Below are positions 34,100-44,231 of a DNA stretch of 64,000 nt, piece by piece. The stretch spans positions 416,001-480,000 of the forward strand of contig CAWGMK010000010.1 of NCBI GenBank assembly GCA_963823655.1, in the 5' to 3' direction. Under the pieces are notes generated by a model. The model was not told where the DNA came from. It ran no database searches and saw only the letters and a list, made by a program, of their open reading frames with translations. The DNA comes from an uncultured Bacillota bacterium. Its GTDB lineage: Bacteria; Bacillota; DTU025; MWDF01. Position 1 is the stretch's first letter. Each line of letters begins with the position of its first letter. The translations under genes and the position numbers were made by a program.

Positions 34100-37000
34100 A
34101 TGAAGAGAACCGTAGCAATGCTAATTGCGGTTCTGCTTGCCGTGGCGGTAGCATTACCAGTCATGGCAAGTCCGTACACGGATCTGCCCGATACACATTG
34201 GGCACTATCGGCCGTGTATGAGTTGTCCGCACTAGGAATCTTCGAAGGCTATCCTGACGGAACCTTCAAGGGACCGCAGCCAGCAACGAGGTACGAACTG
34301 GCAGTAGTCATCGCCAGGCTCCTGAAGTATCTGGACCAGGAGATAAGTGCCCGCATGGCGGCATTGGAAGCCAAGATTCCGGCTGCCACAGCGGCGGCAG
34401 TCGTACCGACTCCGACTCCCGTACCGACACCCGCGCCGGTAACCACGGTTGTTCAGGTGGAGCCCGACCAGACAATTCTTGAGACCATTATCAGGGAGAA
34501 GATCGAAGCCCTGGTAGGGCCCAAGTTTGAGGACATTGACGAGAGGATCGCTGAACTCTATGCAATGATCCAGGACCTCAAGACAGAGTTCTCCCGCGAG
34601 CTCTCAGTCCTTGGCGTCCGCGTGACAGCCCTGGAAGATGAACTCGCAAAGATCAAGGAGAGGCTGGCCAAAGCAGAGGCAAACATCGGCGCCCTGCAGC
34701 TCCAGCTGGATCCCGCTCTTGTAAGGATAACGGTCCTCGAGAGCAGAGCGAACGCAGTCGACAGGCAGCTTGAGGAGCTCAACCTCGCCCTGTCCCAGAA
34801 GGCGAACGCCCCCGAAGTAGAAGCGCTCAAGGCGCTAATACTCGGCCTCGAAAAGGACAACGCGGCACTAGCGGCAAGAGTAGCCGCCCTGGAAGGCAAG
34901 CCTGCGGTAGTGATACCGCCGATGCCTGTAATACCCGCCGCGGCCAAGCCTGAGGAAGTTGAGGCCCTTAAGGCCCTCATGCTTTCGATGGAAAGAGACA
35001 AGGCAGCCTTGGCAGCAAGGGTTTCCGCCCTTGAAGCCGTCAAGCCTGTAGTAGCTCCGGTAATTACAGCACCGGTCGTCCCGGCCCCTGTAGTGCCGGC
35101 GCCAGTAGTACCCCGCTCCAGTAGTAGTGAGCTCTGGAGTAAGCGCAGCCGAGCTAGCTGCAGTCAAGGCATTGGTGCTCAACCTCGAAGCTAACAAGGT
35201 CGACGTGCTTATGTCCAAGCTGGGCGCCCTCGAGTCCAAAGTACTCGCCCTCGAATCCAAGCTCAACACAGTTGACACAAGGGTAGGCAACCTTGAGCTC
35301 AAGTCAAACGAGCTCGAAGCCGAAGTCGACATGGTGGCCGCGCAGTCCGGACAGAATGCAGCCGACATAATCGACCTCTACAGCCTCTCCTATAAGAATA
35401 CCGATGATCTCAACTTCCTGAAGGCAGACCTTGCTGCAAAGTTTGCGGACCTTGAGGCCAGACTGGCCGCCAAGCCCGAAGCAGTAGCAAGCGTTTCAGG
35501 CGCAAGCCCTGAGAGCGTTGCCCTTCTGAAGTTGGACATCCTTGAGGCTCAGGATGACATAGAGAAGCTGAAGGCCCTCTATGCGCAAGTCGGAGACCTC
35601 ACCGCGCGCCTTGATGCAGCCGAGTCGAAGCTGATGCTCCTCGACGAGAAGGTTGCCATGCTCAATATGGACCTTGCGGCACTTGAGAGCGAGAAGGTAG
35701 ACAATGCCCTCGTAAGGATCGGCCTGCTCGAGCTTCAGACCGCTGATCTATATGACAAGTATGGCATGTTGGCTGACGGCCTCAACGCGATGGGCCTTGA
35801 AGTCACCAGGAACTCGGAAGACATCAACGACTTGTACATCCAGCAGAACAAGACCAACAACCTGCTCAAGAACCTGGCAGCAGCTGACCTCGCCCTCAAC
35901 GACAGGGTAGCGGCCATAGAAGCGGCCAACAAGATAAGCGCAGATGCCCTGGCAGCAAGGGTAGCTTCCCTTGAAGGCGCATCGGCAGAAGGCGCAGCGG
36001 AGACGCTAAGCCTTAAGAACGGCCTGATGGGATTGATCGACAAGGTATCGAACCTCTGGATCAACAAGTTCCTGCTCTCAGGATCGTTTGAAGTCAAGTT
36101 CACCGATGTGGCCGTCGTAATGGGATTGCCGTACAAAGATCCGTTCGACAACACGACCACAGCTATAGTTCCGAGCAATTCGTACTACGGCAAGCTGACA
36201 TTGAAGGCGACGATCAAGCCTGAGCCCGGCGTGGAAATCAATGTCGGTCTTAATGCCGGCGTAGATACTTATGGCATAAGCGATGTCAGCGCCCTCGTGT
36301 TCAACGGCGACCTCGACATCAAGGTCACCTCGCCCAACGGCTACGGCCAGCTCATCGGCGGCGAGCAGGCCAGGCCCAAGTATCTCAGCAAGTACGTATT
36401 CTCATCGATCCTGTTCGCAGACGAGGCGTTTGAAGGACTCGGCGGCTGGGCGAAGTTCGCACCCGGCATGGAAGGTCTGACACTGGGCGCCTCCGCAATA
36501 GTCGCGAAGAAGGGTTCGACCACCGACTTCAGGTATGTATGGGGAATGGCCGGCAATGTGAACTACGCTGACGTAGCCGATCTTACTCTCTACTACTTCG
36601 CAATCGATGACGCACCCAACTCGGGCGACATCCCGGGCGTCTATGATGGAACCGAAGATCACATCGGCCTCAGCGCAGACTTCAAAATGGGCGAGAACTG
36701 GACGGCAGGCGCATTCGCCAACCTGTTCTTCAACGATGTGAACCCGGATCCGGAGAGCGCAATCACCGCATACATCGATGGCAAGGTCGGAGTATGGAAC
36801 ATGAGCCTTGGCTTCGAGCGCGTGAGCGATGCCTACACACCGATGTATGCTGAGTTCGTCGACACCGACGATCCGGACATCATCGAGAACGACATAATGA
36901 ACCTTACGATGAGCAATAGCTTCGACGTCCTGCCCAACCTGGTATTCGGTCTGGATACCGAGCTCAACGGCGACGACGATTGGGCCAACCTGACCCATAT

Positions 37001-37722
37001 CAACGAAGTGTATGCCAAGTACTCGTTCGGCAAGGCGACTGACCTGTTCAACGGATCGCTGAAGCTCTACGGCGGACGTGAGTCCGACATAGTGATAGGC
37101 GGCATATGGAACGTACCCGTACCGGATGCCGACGGACTGTGCTATGCAGGAGCTGACCTCAAGCTGAAGCTTTACATCTTCAACGCGGGCTTCTCCTACT
37201 ACACAGAGACCTACGACATAGCGGGTGTCTTTGCCGGAATAATACAACAAGTACACTGCATACCTCAACACGGAGCTCTCCCTCATACCCGACATCCTGA
37301 AGGCTAAGGCCGGATGGAAGGGCGTGTTCGGTGACTTCACAGGCAACTACCAGGAGCTCTACGGCGAGTTGAACCTCACCACCGGCTTCGCGGTCAAGTG
37401 GAACCTGGCAGCCAACCTGGGCGTGTACTTCAAGACCACAACGATGTTCAAGGTCTATGGCGATGCCAAGCTTACCTACAACCTGTCCAACACCGCCAGC
37501 CTCTACGCAATGGCAGCCGGCGAGTACAGGAACAGCGTAAGCGCAGCCAAGCCTGATGGCTTCGTGCTGTCAGCAGGCCTGGGCTACAACCAGAAGATCT
37601 TCAACGCTACGAGCCTTGTCGCAGACTTCACCACCAAGTACGTCAAGTACACCTACAACCCCGGTGGATACGCCGACAACCTCGTGAACACGCTTGGCAT
37701 AAAGCTGAGCACCACGTTCTAA
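34100..37722 (+). CDS. OmpM-type protein: SLH domain + very long coiled coil + beta-barrel (~1200 aa; frameshifts near 35113 and 37241)
   Basis: SLH YTDLPDTHWA...GYPDGTFKG...TRYELA; heptad repeats; amphipathic strands ending LGIKLSTTF; an extra C in cccc at 35111-35114. Confidence 0.85.
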
Positions 37723-37736
37723 GCTAAAACCGGACT

Positions 37737-37779
37737 AGCCCCGAGGAGCATTGATTTGCTCCCCGGGGCTTTTTTCTTT
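37737..37779 (+). terminator. Strong intrinsic terminator
   Basis: AGCCCCGAGGAGCA...TGCTCCCCGGGGCT followed by TTTTTCTTT. Confidence 0.9.
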
Positions 37780-37828
37780 CTCCTGTCTCCGGGTTGTATA
37801 ATATAAGCTGATACCGGAGGAAAACGTC

Positions 37829-38260
37829 ATGAGATTCGTTATTGGAGTAGACCCCGGCAAGAACAAGGTCGGCGTTGCGCTTTTAGACGCGGATGGCAGG
37901 CTCATCGAAAGGCGCCTTTTGTCGCGCTTTACAGCCGCAAAGCAGATCGCTGAGCTTGCATCAGGAAGAGAATCGGTCATCGCGCTGGGCGACGGGACTA
38001 CGGCAGGCAGGATGGCCGCCGAAATCCAAGAAGCGCTCGGGAGCGACATTGACGATATAATTGTCATGGTGGACGAGGACAACTCCACTGTGGAGGGCAG
38101 AAGGAACTACCTTTTAGCAAACAGGCCCAGAGGTTTGGCAAGGCTTCTCCCTTTGGGGATGAGATCACCTGAAAGGCCTTGGGATGATTATGTAGCCGAG
38201 GTCATCGGCAGAAGATACCTGGATTCGAGGAGCGGCTCTGCCGATATAAAGGAAAACTGA
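37829..38260 (+). CDS. YqgF/RuvX-like RNase H-fold protein
   Basis: IGVDPGKNKVG, LGDGT, VDEDNSTVEGR, DDYVA; this type is normally found beside DUF3084. Confidence 0.8.
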   Translation: MRFVIGVDPGKNKVGVALLDADGRLIERRLLSRFTAAKQIAELASGRESVIALGDGTTAGRMAAEIQEALGSDIDDIIVMVDEDNSTVEGRRNYLLANRPRGLARLLPLGMRSPERPWDDYVAEVIGRRYLDSRSGSADIKEN

Positions 38261-38274
38261 GCCATATATAGAAT
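38250..38274 (+). promoter_or_regulatory. SigH-like promoter
   Basis: AGGAAAA...GAAT, AGGA-N17-GAAT. Confidence 0.6.
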
Positions 38275-38318
38275 ATAAAACTATTGAAAGACCGAAGGTG
38301 TAAGGAGGTGACGCGAGC

Positions 38319-39650
38319 ATGCAGGCCATACGCAGCAAATCCCCGATTCTCCTATTCGCTTTGATATTGCTGCTCGCGTTGCCGATTGCTGCCGCGGCCG
38401 AGCCCGAAGTGCTGAAATCCGACGATTGGAGATACAGGGCCCTTGCCGAGCTTGCAACCCATAGCGTGCTTGATGAGAAAGACGCCCCGTACTACCTGAC
38501 TAAGATACCTATCAACCTGGACTTCGCAGTGGCATCCGTCGAGAGGGCGCTAATCAAGCTAGGGCTGAAGGACATAGATTTTACAAACGCGGCATCCCTG
38601 GACCTGAGCCTTTACGGCACATCGGTTCAGAAACTTGCGCCGCGCGATTCCTGGCTTCTTAACGATCTTACGAAGGAGTTTGCAACGCAGCTTGCCACAA
38701 GGGGCATTGTGGGCAAGGCCTCGCCTGTTCAAGCACAAGCCGGGGACACTGCAGCAGCAGCCCTTCCCGTATCCGATGCACAAGCTTCGCCGGAGCCGCC
38801 CGCCGCGCAGCAGGGCCCGGTCGTCCTTTCGCTTACAGATGTGCTGAAGAAGATAAATATGCCCTCTGCGCTGTCGCAATCGTCCCTTACGATGAAGCCG
38901 CAGGACAATACGATACCTCAGGTGGCTACGGGCATGGAGCCGCTTCAGGTAGGAAGCATCAATCCTGACACGTCCAAGGTAGTCAGCCTTTTCGATGTTC
39001 TGAATGTCAACGCCTCGCTGTTTGCGGACGATTCCACCGTAAACGGCAAATCAAGCGCCGGCATAGGCCTCAAATTGGGCGATGACCAGGGCGGGGGCCT
39101 GACTTTAGATTATAAGATGGTTGGAGGCAAGGACGAGGCTTCAAACCTCACCGACCTTTCCGCCATAACCGGAGTGGGCGTCAAGTACCAGGTGAACAGC
39201 ATCATGCCCTTTAAGAGCGTGACGGACAGCATTACGATACAAGCGGGTTACAATATCGAAAGCGGAGACCTGAAGGCGGCAGTAGATACCGGAATTGAGC
39301 TGCAAGCTTCGGCATCCCTTGGCATATATTACAAGCTGCTTCTCGGCAACGCGGCCTTCCTTCAGGCAGGATATCAGGTTGAGCAGGTCAGGAACCTGAT
39401 CGCTTCGGGTGCCCTTTCGACCAAGTCATGGATGTATGACGACAGCTCGCCTTTAGGCTGGATCTTCAGGGGCTCACTGAGCCTCAACAGCGATGTGGGC
39501 GTCAAGCAGCTGGCAGGAATAGACGTCGGGTATAACCTTTTCAAGGACGCCTCTATTATGATCGGCTACAGGCTTATAGACTTCTCCGACTTCGACAAGC
39601 TGGATCTAAAGAAGAACCTGACCGCCCTGGGCATTAGCATCAAGTTCTAA
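38319..39650 (+). CDS. Putative outer-membrane beta-barrel protein with a degenerate SLH-like N-terminus
   Basis: Signal peptide, SDDWRYRALAELA, KEFATQLATRG, Ala/Pro linker, alternating strands, C-terminal LGISIKF. Confidence 0.6.
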   Translation: MQAIRSKSPILLFALILLLALPIAAAAEPEVLKSDDWRYRALAELATHSVLDEKDAPYYLTKIPINLDFAVASVERALIKLGLKDIDFTNAASLDLSLYGTSVQKLAPRDSWLLNDLTKEFATQLATRGIVGKASPVQAQAGDTAAAALPVSDAQASPEPPAAQQGPVVLSLTDVLKKINMPSALSQSSLTMKPQDNTIPQVATGMEPLQVGSINPDTSKVVSLFDVLNVNASLFADDSTVNGKSSAGIGLKLGDDQGGGLTLDYKMVGGKDEASNLTDLSAITGVGVKYQVNSIMPFKSVTDSITIQAGYNIESGDLKAAVDTGIELQASASLGIYYKLLLGNAAFLQAGYQVEQVRNLIASGALSTKSWMYDDSSPLGWIFRGSLSLNSDVGVKQLAGIDVGYNLFKDASIMIGYRLIDFSDFDKLDLKKNLTALGISIKF

Positions 39651-39670
39651 TTACTACGGAGAGTGAGCAT

Positions 39671-40606
39671 ATGATGATGAACAGATACGTCCGGGTTCTT
39701 GCGATCGCGCTTTTGATAGGGCTTATGGCCTTCGCTTCAACACTTGCCGCCCCGCCTCCGACTACCACATCGGAGATGCTCGCCATGCTTGAGCGTACGC
39801 TGTTCGGCGTGGCAGGGGAGGGCGCGATAACACCGAGGGTACAAAAGATCGAGGACGTTGCCCTGGGCAAGCCCGGCGAAGGGACGCTCATAGAGCGCAT
39901 AGAAAGCCTTTGGAATGAGTTCGGCGGAGGCAGGGAGGGCGTACAGACACTCGACTACCAGATCAAGTACTCCCAATGGATAGCAGACGGCAAGGTAAGC
40001 CAGGGCACGCTCCTGGATCGGCTGGCCAACCTTGAGACTTTGCTCATGGGTTATGTAAGCAAAGACCCTTTAACCTCAAGGATAGACGCAATGATTGCCA
40101 TCACTGCGGGCGCTACGGGCATTGATTCAACATACGCAAAGCTTGCTGCCGGCACTCCGGTCAAGCTTGTGTTAAAAACGCCTCTTAGAACCAATTTCAC
40201 AAGGCCCGGCGAGAAGGTGGACCTCGAAGTAAGCGAAGATGTGTTCATCGGCGACAGGCTGGCAATACCCAAGGGCACCGCGTGGCAGGTTGAAGCGGCG
40301 GATCCTACCAAATCGGACAAATTCGACCTTAAAAACCTAGTCGAACTGCTTCTCAGCCCCATATACGCTATCGACGGCACTCCCGTAAAGCTCATCGCCG
40401 ACGATAACGCGACCTCAAATACCCAGCTTGCCTCCGGAATACTGATATGCCAGGGCGAAAGGCCCGAAAGGCTGGGCTTCTTCGGCCTGGGAAATGCTGT
40501 GGACAGGCTATTGCCGGGCAGCAAGAACCTGGATATCATAAGAGGTACGGCCATAGTCCTGTCGGTAAGGGAAGACGTATCCATCATGTCGGCCAAAGTC
40601 AAATAG
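39671..40606 (+). CDS. Secreted hypothetical protein
   Basis: Signal peptide; repeated LExxLxG...L..RI helices; C-terminal AGTPVKL...AIPKGT beta-domain reminiscent of TrbI/VirB10. Confidence 0.65.
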   Translation: MMMNRYVRVLAIALLIGLMAFASTLAAPPPTTTSEMLAMLERTLFGVAGEGAITPRVQKIEDVALGKPGEGTLIERIESLWNEFGGGREGVQTLDYQIKYSQWIADGKVSQGTLLDRLANLETLLMGYVSKDPLTSRIDAMIAITAGATGIDSTYAKLAAGTPVKLVLKTPLRTNFTRPGEKVDLEVSEDVFIGDRLAIPKGTAWQVEAADPTKSDKFDLKNLVELLLSPIYAIDGTPVKLIADDNATSNTQLASGILICQGERPERLGFFGLGNAVDRLLPGSKNLDIIRGTAIVLSVREDVSIMSAKVK

Positions 40607-40670
40607 CAAAATCCCAAGCTCAATTCAAATTCGCGTCCTTGTAGGCGCGAAAATTACAGGAGGTCACCTT

Positions 40671-41933
40671 ATGTCAATAAGGCTGTTTACAAGCAAATCT
40701 GTCACCGAGGGGCATCCCGACAAAGTATGTGACAGGATTTCCGATGCGGTTCTGGACGAGATACTAATCAAGTACGGTGAAGACAAGAGCAGGTTCTTCG
40801 CCCGCTCCGCGGTCGAGGCCCTGGCAACAACAGGCATGGTGCTTGTGGCCGGCGAAATTACATGCGATGTATATGTGGAAATCCCGGAAATAGTAAGAAA
40901 CGCAGTCAAAGAAATCGGTTACGACGCTCCTGAACAGGGTTTTGACGGCAACACCTGCGCGGTGCTAACAACCATACACGAGCAATCGGACAATATCTCC
41001 CATGCCGTAAACCGCGGATCGTCCAAGAGAAACCCCTTGTCGGGCCTAAGGGCAGGCGACCAGGGCATAATGTTCGGCTATGCCACAGACGAGACTGAAG
41101 AGCTGATGCCGATGCCGATCATGGTAGCGCACAGGCTCGCCGAAAAGCTTGCGCAAGTAAGGAAATCGGGCGAGCTGGAATGGGTGAAGCCTGACGGCAA
41201 GACACAAGTTACGGTGCAGTATGACGACAAAGGCAGGCCGATAGGGCTTGATACGATAATAATCTCAACTATGCATTCGCGAGGCATTAAACACGATGCG
41301 ATAAAAGACGGGCTCTTCAACAAGGTGATTTTGCCTGTAGCTAAAGCCTACGGTTTCAGCTTCTCCGGCAACGCCTGCCTTGATTGCGAGCAGGGCGAAT
41401 ACTTCAAGGTCAAGTTCGACGGCTGCAAGAGCCATACTAAGGTCTTCATAAACCCCAGCGGCCTTTTCGAGCTGGGCGGCCCCAACGCGGACACCGGACT
41501 TACAGGCAGGAAGATAATCGTGGATACCTATGGCGGCATGGCCAACCACGGCGGCGGATGCTTCTCGGGCAAGGACGCCACGAAAGTGGACAGGTCGGGC
41601 AATTACGCTGCTCGGTATGTGGCGAAGAACGTCGTAAAGGCGGGCCTTGCCAGAAAATGCGAACTTGAGCTCGCCTACGCCATCGGAGTCGAGCGCCCGG
41701 TAGCGGTGAGCATCGATACATTCGGAACGAGCGTCATCCCCGAAAAGCAGATCATCGAGCGGATACTAAAGACGATAGACCTGACACCGGGCGGCATGAT
41801 CAGCAAGTTCAAGCTCTTCGACGTAAGCCGCGACGGTTTCAACTATAAGAGGCTGTCCAGCTACGGGCATTTCGGGCGCGATGAGGCCCATGCCCCGTGG
41901 GAGAAGACGGACGTCGCAGACCTGCTAAGATAG
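40671..41933 (+). CDS. metK: S-adenosylmethionine synthetase
   Basis: SVTEGHPDK, AGDQGIMFGYA, PDGKTQV, GLTGRKIIVDTYGG, SGKDATKVDRS. Confidence 0.97.
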   Translation: MSIRLFTSKSVTEGHPDKVCDRISDAVLDEILIKYGEDKSRFFARSAVEALATTGMVLVAGEITCDVYVEIPEIVRNAVKEIGYDAPEQGFDGNTCAVLTTIHEQSDNISHAVNRGSSKRNPLSGLRAGDQGIMFGYATDETEELMPMPIMVAHRLAEKLAQVRKSGELEWVKPDGKTQVTVQYDDKGRPIGLDTIIISTMHSRGIKHDAIKDGLFNKVILPVAKAYGFSFSGNACLDCEQGEYFKVKFDGCKSHTKVFINPSGLFELGGPNADTGLTGRKIIVDTYGGMANHGGGCFSGKDATKVDRSGNYAARYVAKNVVKAGLARKCELELAYAIGVERPVAVSIDTFGTSVIPEKQIIERILKTIDLTPGGMISKFKLFDVSRDGFNYKRLSSYGHFGRDEAHAPWEKTDVADLLR

Positions 41934-41943
41934 TCGCAATAGA

Positions 41944-41982
41944 AGGCGGCCCGGCGGCAACGGCCGGGCCGCCTGATTATTC
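41944..41982 (+). terminator. Hairpin after metK
   Basis: 12-bp inverted repeat AGGCGGCCCGGC/GCCGGGCCGCCT with a weak T tract. Confidence 0.6.
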
Positions 41983-41994
41983 TACAGGTGGTAT

Positions 41995-44161
41995 ATGGAG
42001 AAAATCGAAGGCAGGATCGAGAGGGTTACCTTCAGAAACGAAGAGAACCTCTTCACGGTCGCCAGGCTGAAAATCGAAGGCGTGAAGACCGAAGTGACCG
42101 CTACCGGCAAATTCCCGACTGCAAAGGCGGGCCAGCTTGTCGTACTCACAGGCGACTGGACGATGCATGCCACATACGGCAGGCAGTTTCTAGTCGAGGA
42201 AGTCCAATACACCGAGCCCAAGACGAAAATCGGCATAGAGAAGTATCTGGCCTCCGGCGTTGTGCCCGGCATAGGGCCTGCTAAGGCGCGAGCCATCGTC
42301 GATCACTTCGGCGCGGACGCCCTGAAGATACTCGAGCAGGACCCGAACAGGCTTTCCGAGATCAAGGGCTTCGGGGAGAAGATGGTATCAAGGATAGCCA
42401 AGGGGCTCGCCGAGCACAAGGCCGTTGAGAAGATCATGGTGTTTCTAAGGGGGCACGGCGCCACTCAGGGCGACGCCCTTAAGATATTCAAGAAGTATGG
42501 CGAGGGGGCCATCGAGGAGATTAAGAGGAACCCCTACCGCCTGGCTACGGAAATCAGGGGCATAGGCTTCAAGAAGGCCGATGCAATAGCGGCGGAACTT
42601 GGCTTCACGAAGAACCACCCGTACCGGGTAAAATCCGGCGTCTCCCACTTCCTCATGGCGGATTCCGAAGAGGGACACTGCTATTCCGACCTGGACGAAT
42701 TTAGCATAAGGGTGGCAGGCTTGCTGGAAGTGGACGAAAACGATGTAAGGCGGGCGGCAAAAAGCATGGATGGGGCGGAAGTAGTGCTTGAAGAGGGCAG
42801 CTGCCTCTTCTCGGCCCCTCTATGGCACGGCGAACGCCAGGTGGCGAAGCTTCTTGTAAAGCTTATCGATACCGGCATGTGGAAGCTTGATGAGGCCAGC
42901 GATGAGGTAATCCAGGCAGTCGAGAAAGAGTGCGCCATTGAGCTTGCTCCTTTGCAGAGAAGTGCGGTAAAAGCGGCAATGGGCAACGGGGTCAGCATAC
43001 TCACAGGCGGCCCTGGAACCGGCAAGACGACCACCATAAGGGCGATAATCGCCCTTTTCGAAAGATACTCCAAGAAGGTGCTGCTGGCGGCGCCCACAGG
43101 CCGCGCCGCAAAGCGCATGAGCGAGGCGACCGGCAAATCGGCGATGACGATACACAGGCTGCTGGAATTCCAGCCTCAGCAGGACGGATGGCGCTTCCAA
43201 AGGGATGAGGGCAACCCCCTTAAGTGCGACGTTCTCATCATCGATGAAACCTCCATGGTCGACATAATGCTCATGTTCAGCCTGTTAAAAGCCGTAAAGC
43301 CCGGCACAAGGCTGGTATTCGTGGGAGATGTGGACCAGCTGCCATCAGTGGGCCCCGGCAACGTACTGCGCGACTTGATAGAATCCGGTACTATCGCAAC
43401 CACAGAGCTCACCGAGATATTCAGGCAGGCGAGCGAGAGCTCCATCGTGCTAAACGCCCACAAAATCAACGCCGGCGAGTTTCCCGAGCTTTGGGGCAAA
43501 GGACGACTTCCGGTTCGTGCAGAAGGAGGACCCTGCCGAGGCCGCGGCCGCGGTCGTGGACCTCGCCTGCAGGACTCTGCCCTTTAAGCTGCATCTGGAC
43601 CCGATAGCCGGCATACAGGTGCTTTCCCCCATGAGGAAGGGCGCCTGCGGCGTTGAGAATCTGAACCTCGCCATAAGGGAGAAGCTGAACCCGCCCAAGC
43701 CCGACAGGCCCGAGCTCAAATACGGCTTCAACAGCTTCAGGCGCGGGGACAAGGTGATGCAGACCAGCAACAACTACGAGAAGCTGGTCTGGAACGGGGA
43801 TCTTGGCATTGTGACCTACGTCGATGTCGAAGAGGCAGAGATGCTGGTCGCTTTCCCGGATTCCGACGGCGAGCGCACGATCAAGTACGCCCAGCAGGAA
43901 CTAGACCAGCTGGACCTCGCATTCTGCATATCGGTGCACAAGAGCCAGGGCAGCGAATACCCTGCTGTAGTCATGCCGATAACAACCTCACACTATATGA
44001 TGCTTCGAAGGAATCTGCTCTATACCGGCATTACCAGGGCGAAGTCCTATGTCGCGATCGTTGGCACCAAGAAAGCGCTGTTCATAGCGATCAAGAACGT
44101 GAACGTGGCGGAGCGAAGGACAAGGCTTGCCAAAAGGCTTAAGGACCCTGAGCCATCGTAG
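41995..44161 (+). CDS. recD2: ATP-dependent RecD2-like helicase (frameshift near 43490)
   Basis: HhH motif GIGPAKA, TGGPGTGKTT, APTGRAAKR, DETSM, VHKSQGSEY, LLYTGITRA. Confidence 0.93.
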
Positions 44162-44181
44162 CGATAAAAGGGCTAGTATGC

Positions 44182-44207
44182 AGGTAATATATTGATAAAT
44201 ACCGAAA
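44182..44207 (+). promoter_or_regulatory. SigH-like promoter of comFA
   Basis: (GC)AGGT-N18-GAAA. Confidence 0.4.
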
Positions 44208-44231
44208 ACACGGCACCGAGGAGGGATCGCC

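Noticed and set aside
40686-40712. MetK FTSKSVTEGH instead of FTSESVTEGH (likewise WecB SDLGG for TDSGG at ~21445)
   Set aside because: Each key change needs only one base substitution in an error-prone sequence, so inactivation cannot be claimed without reads.
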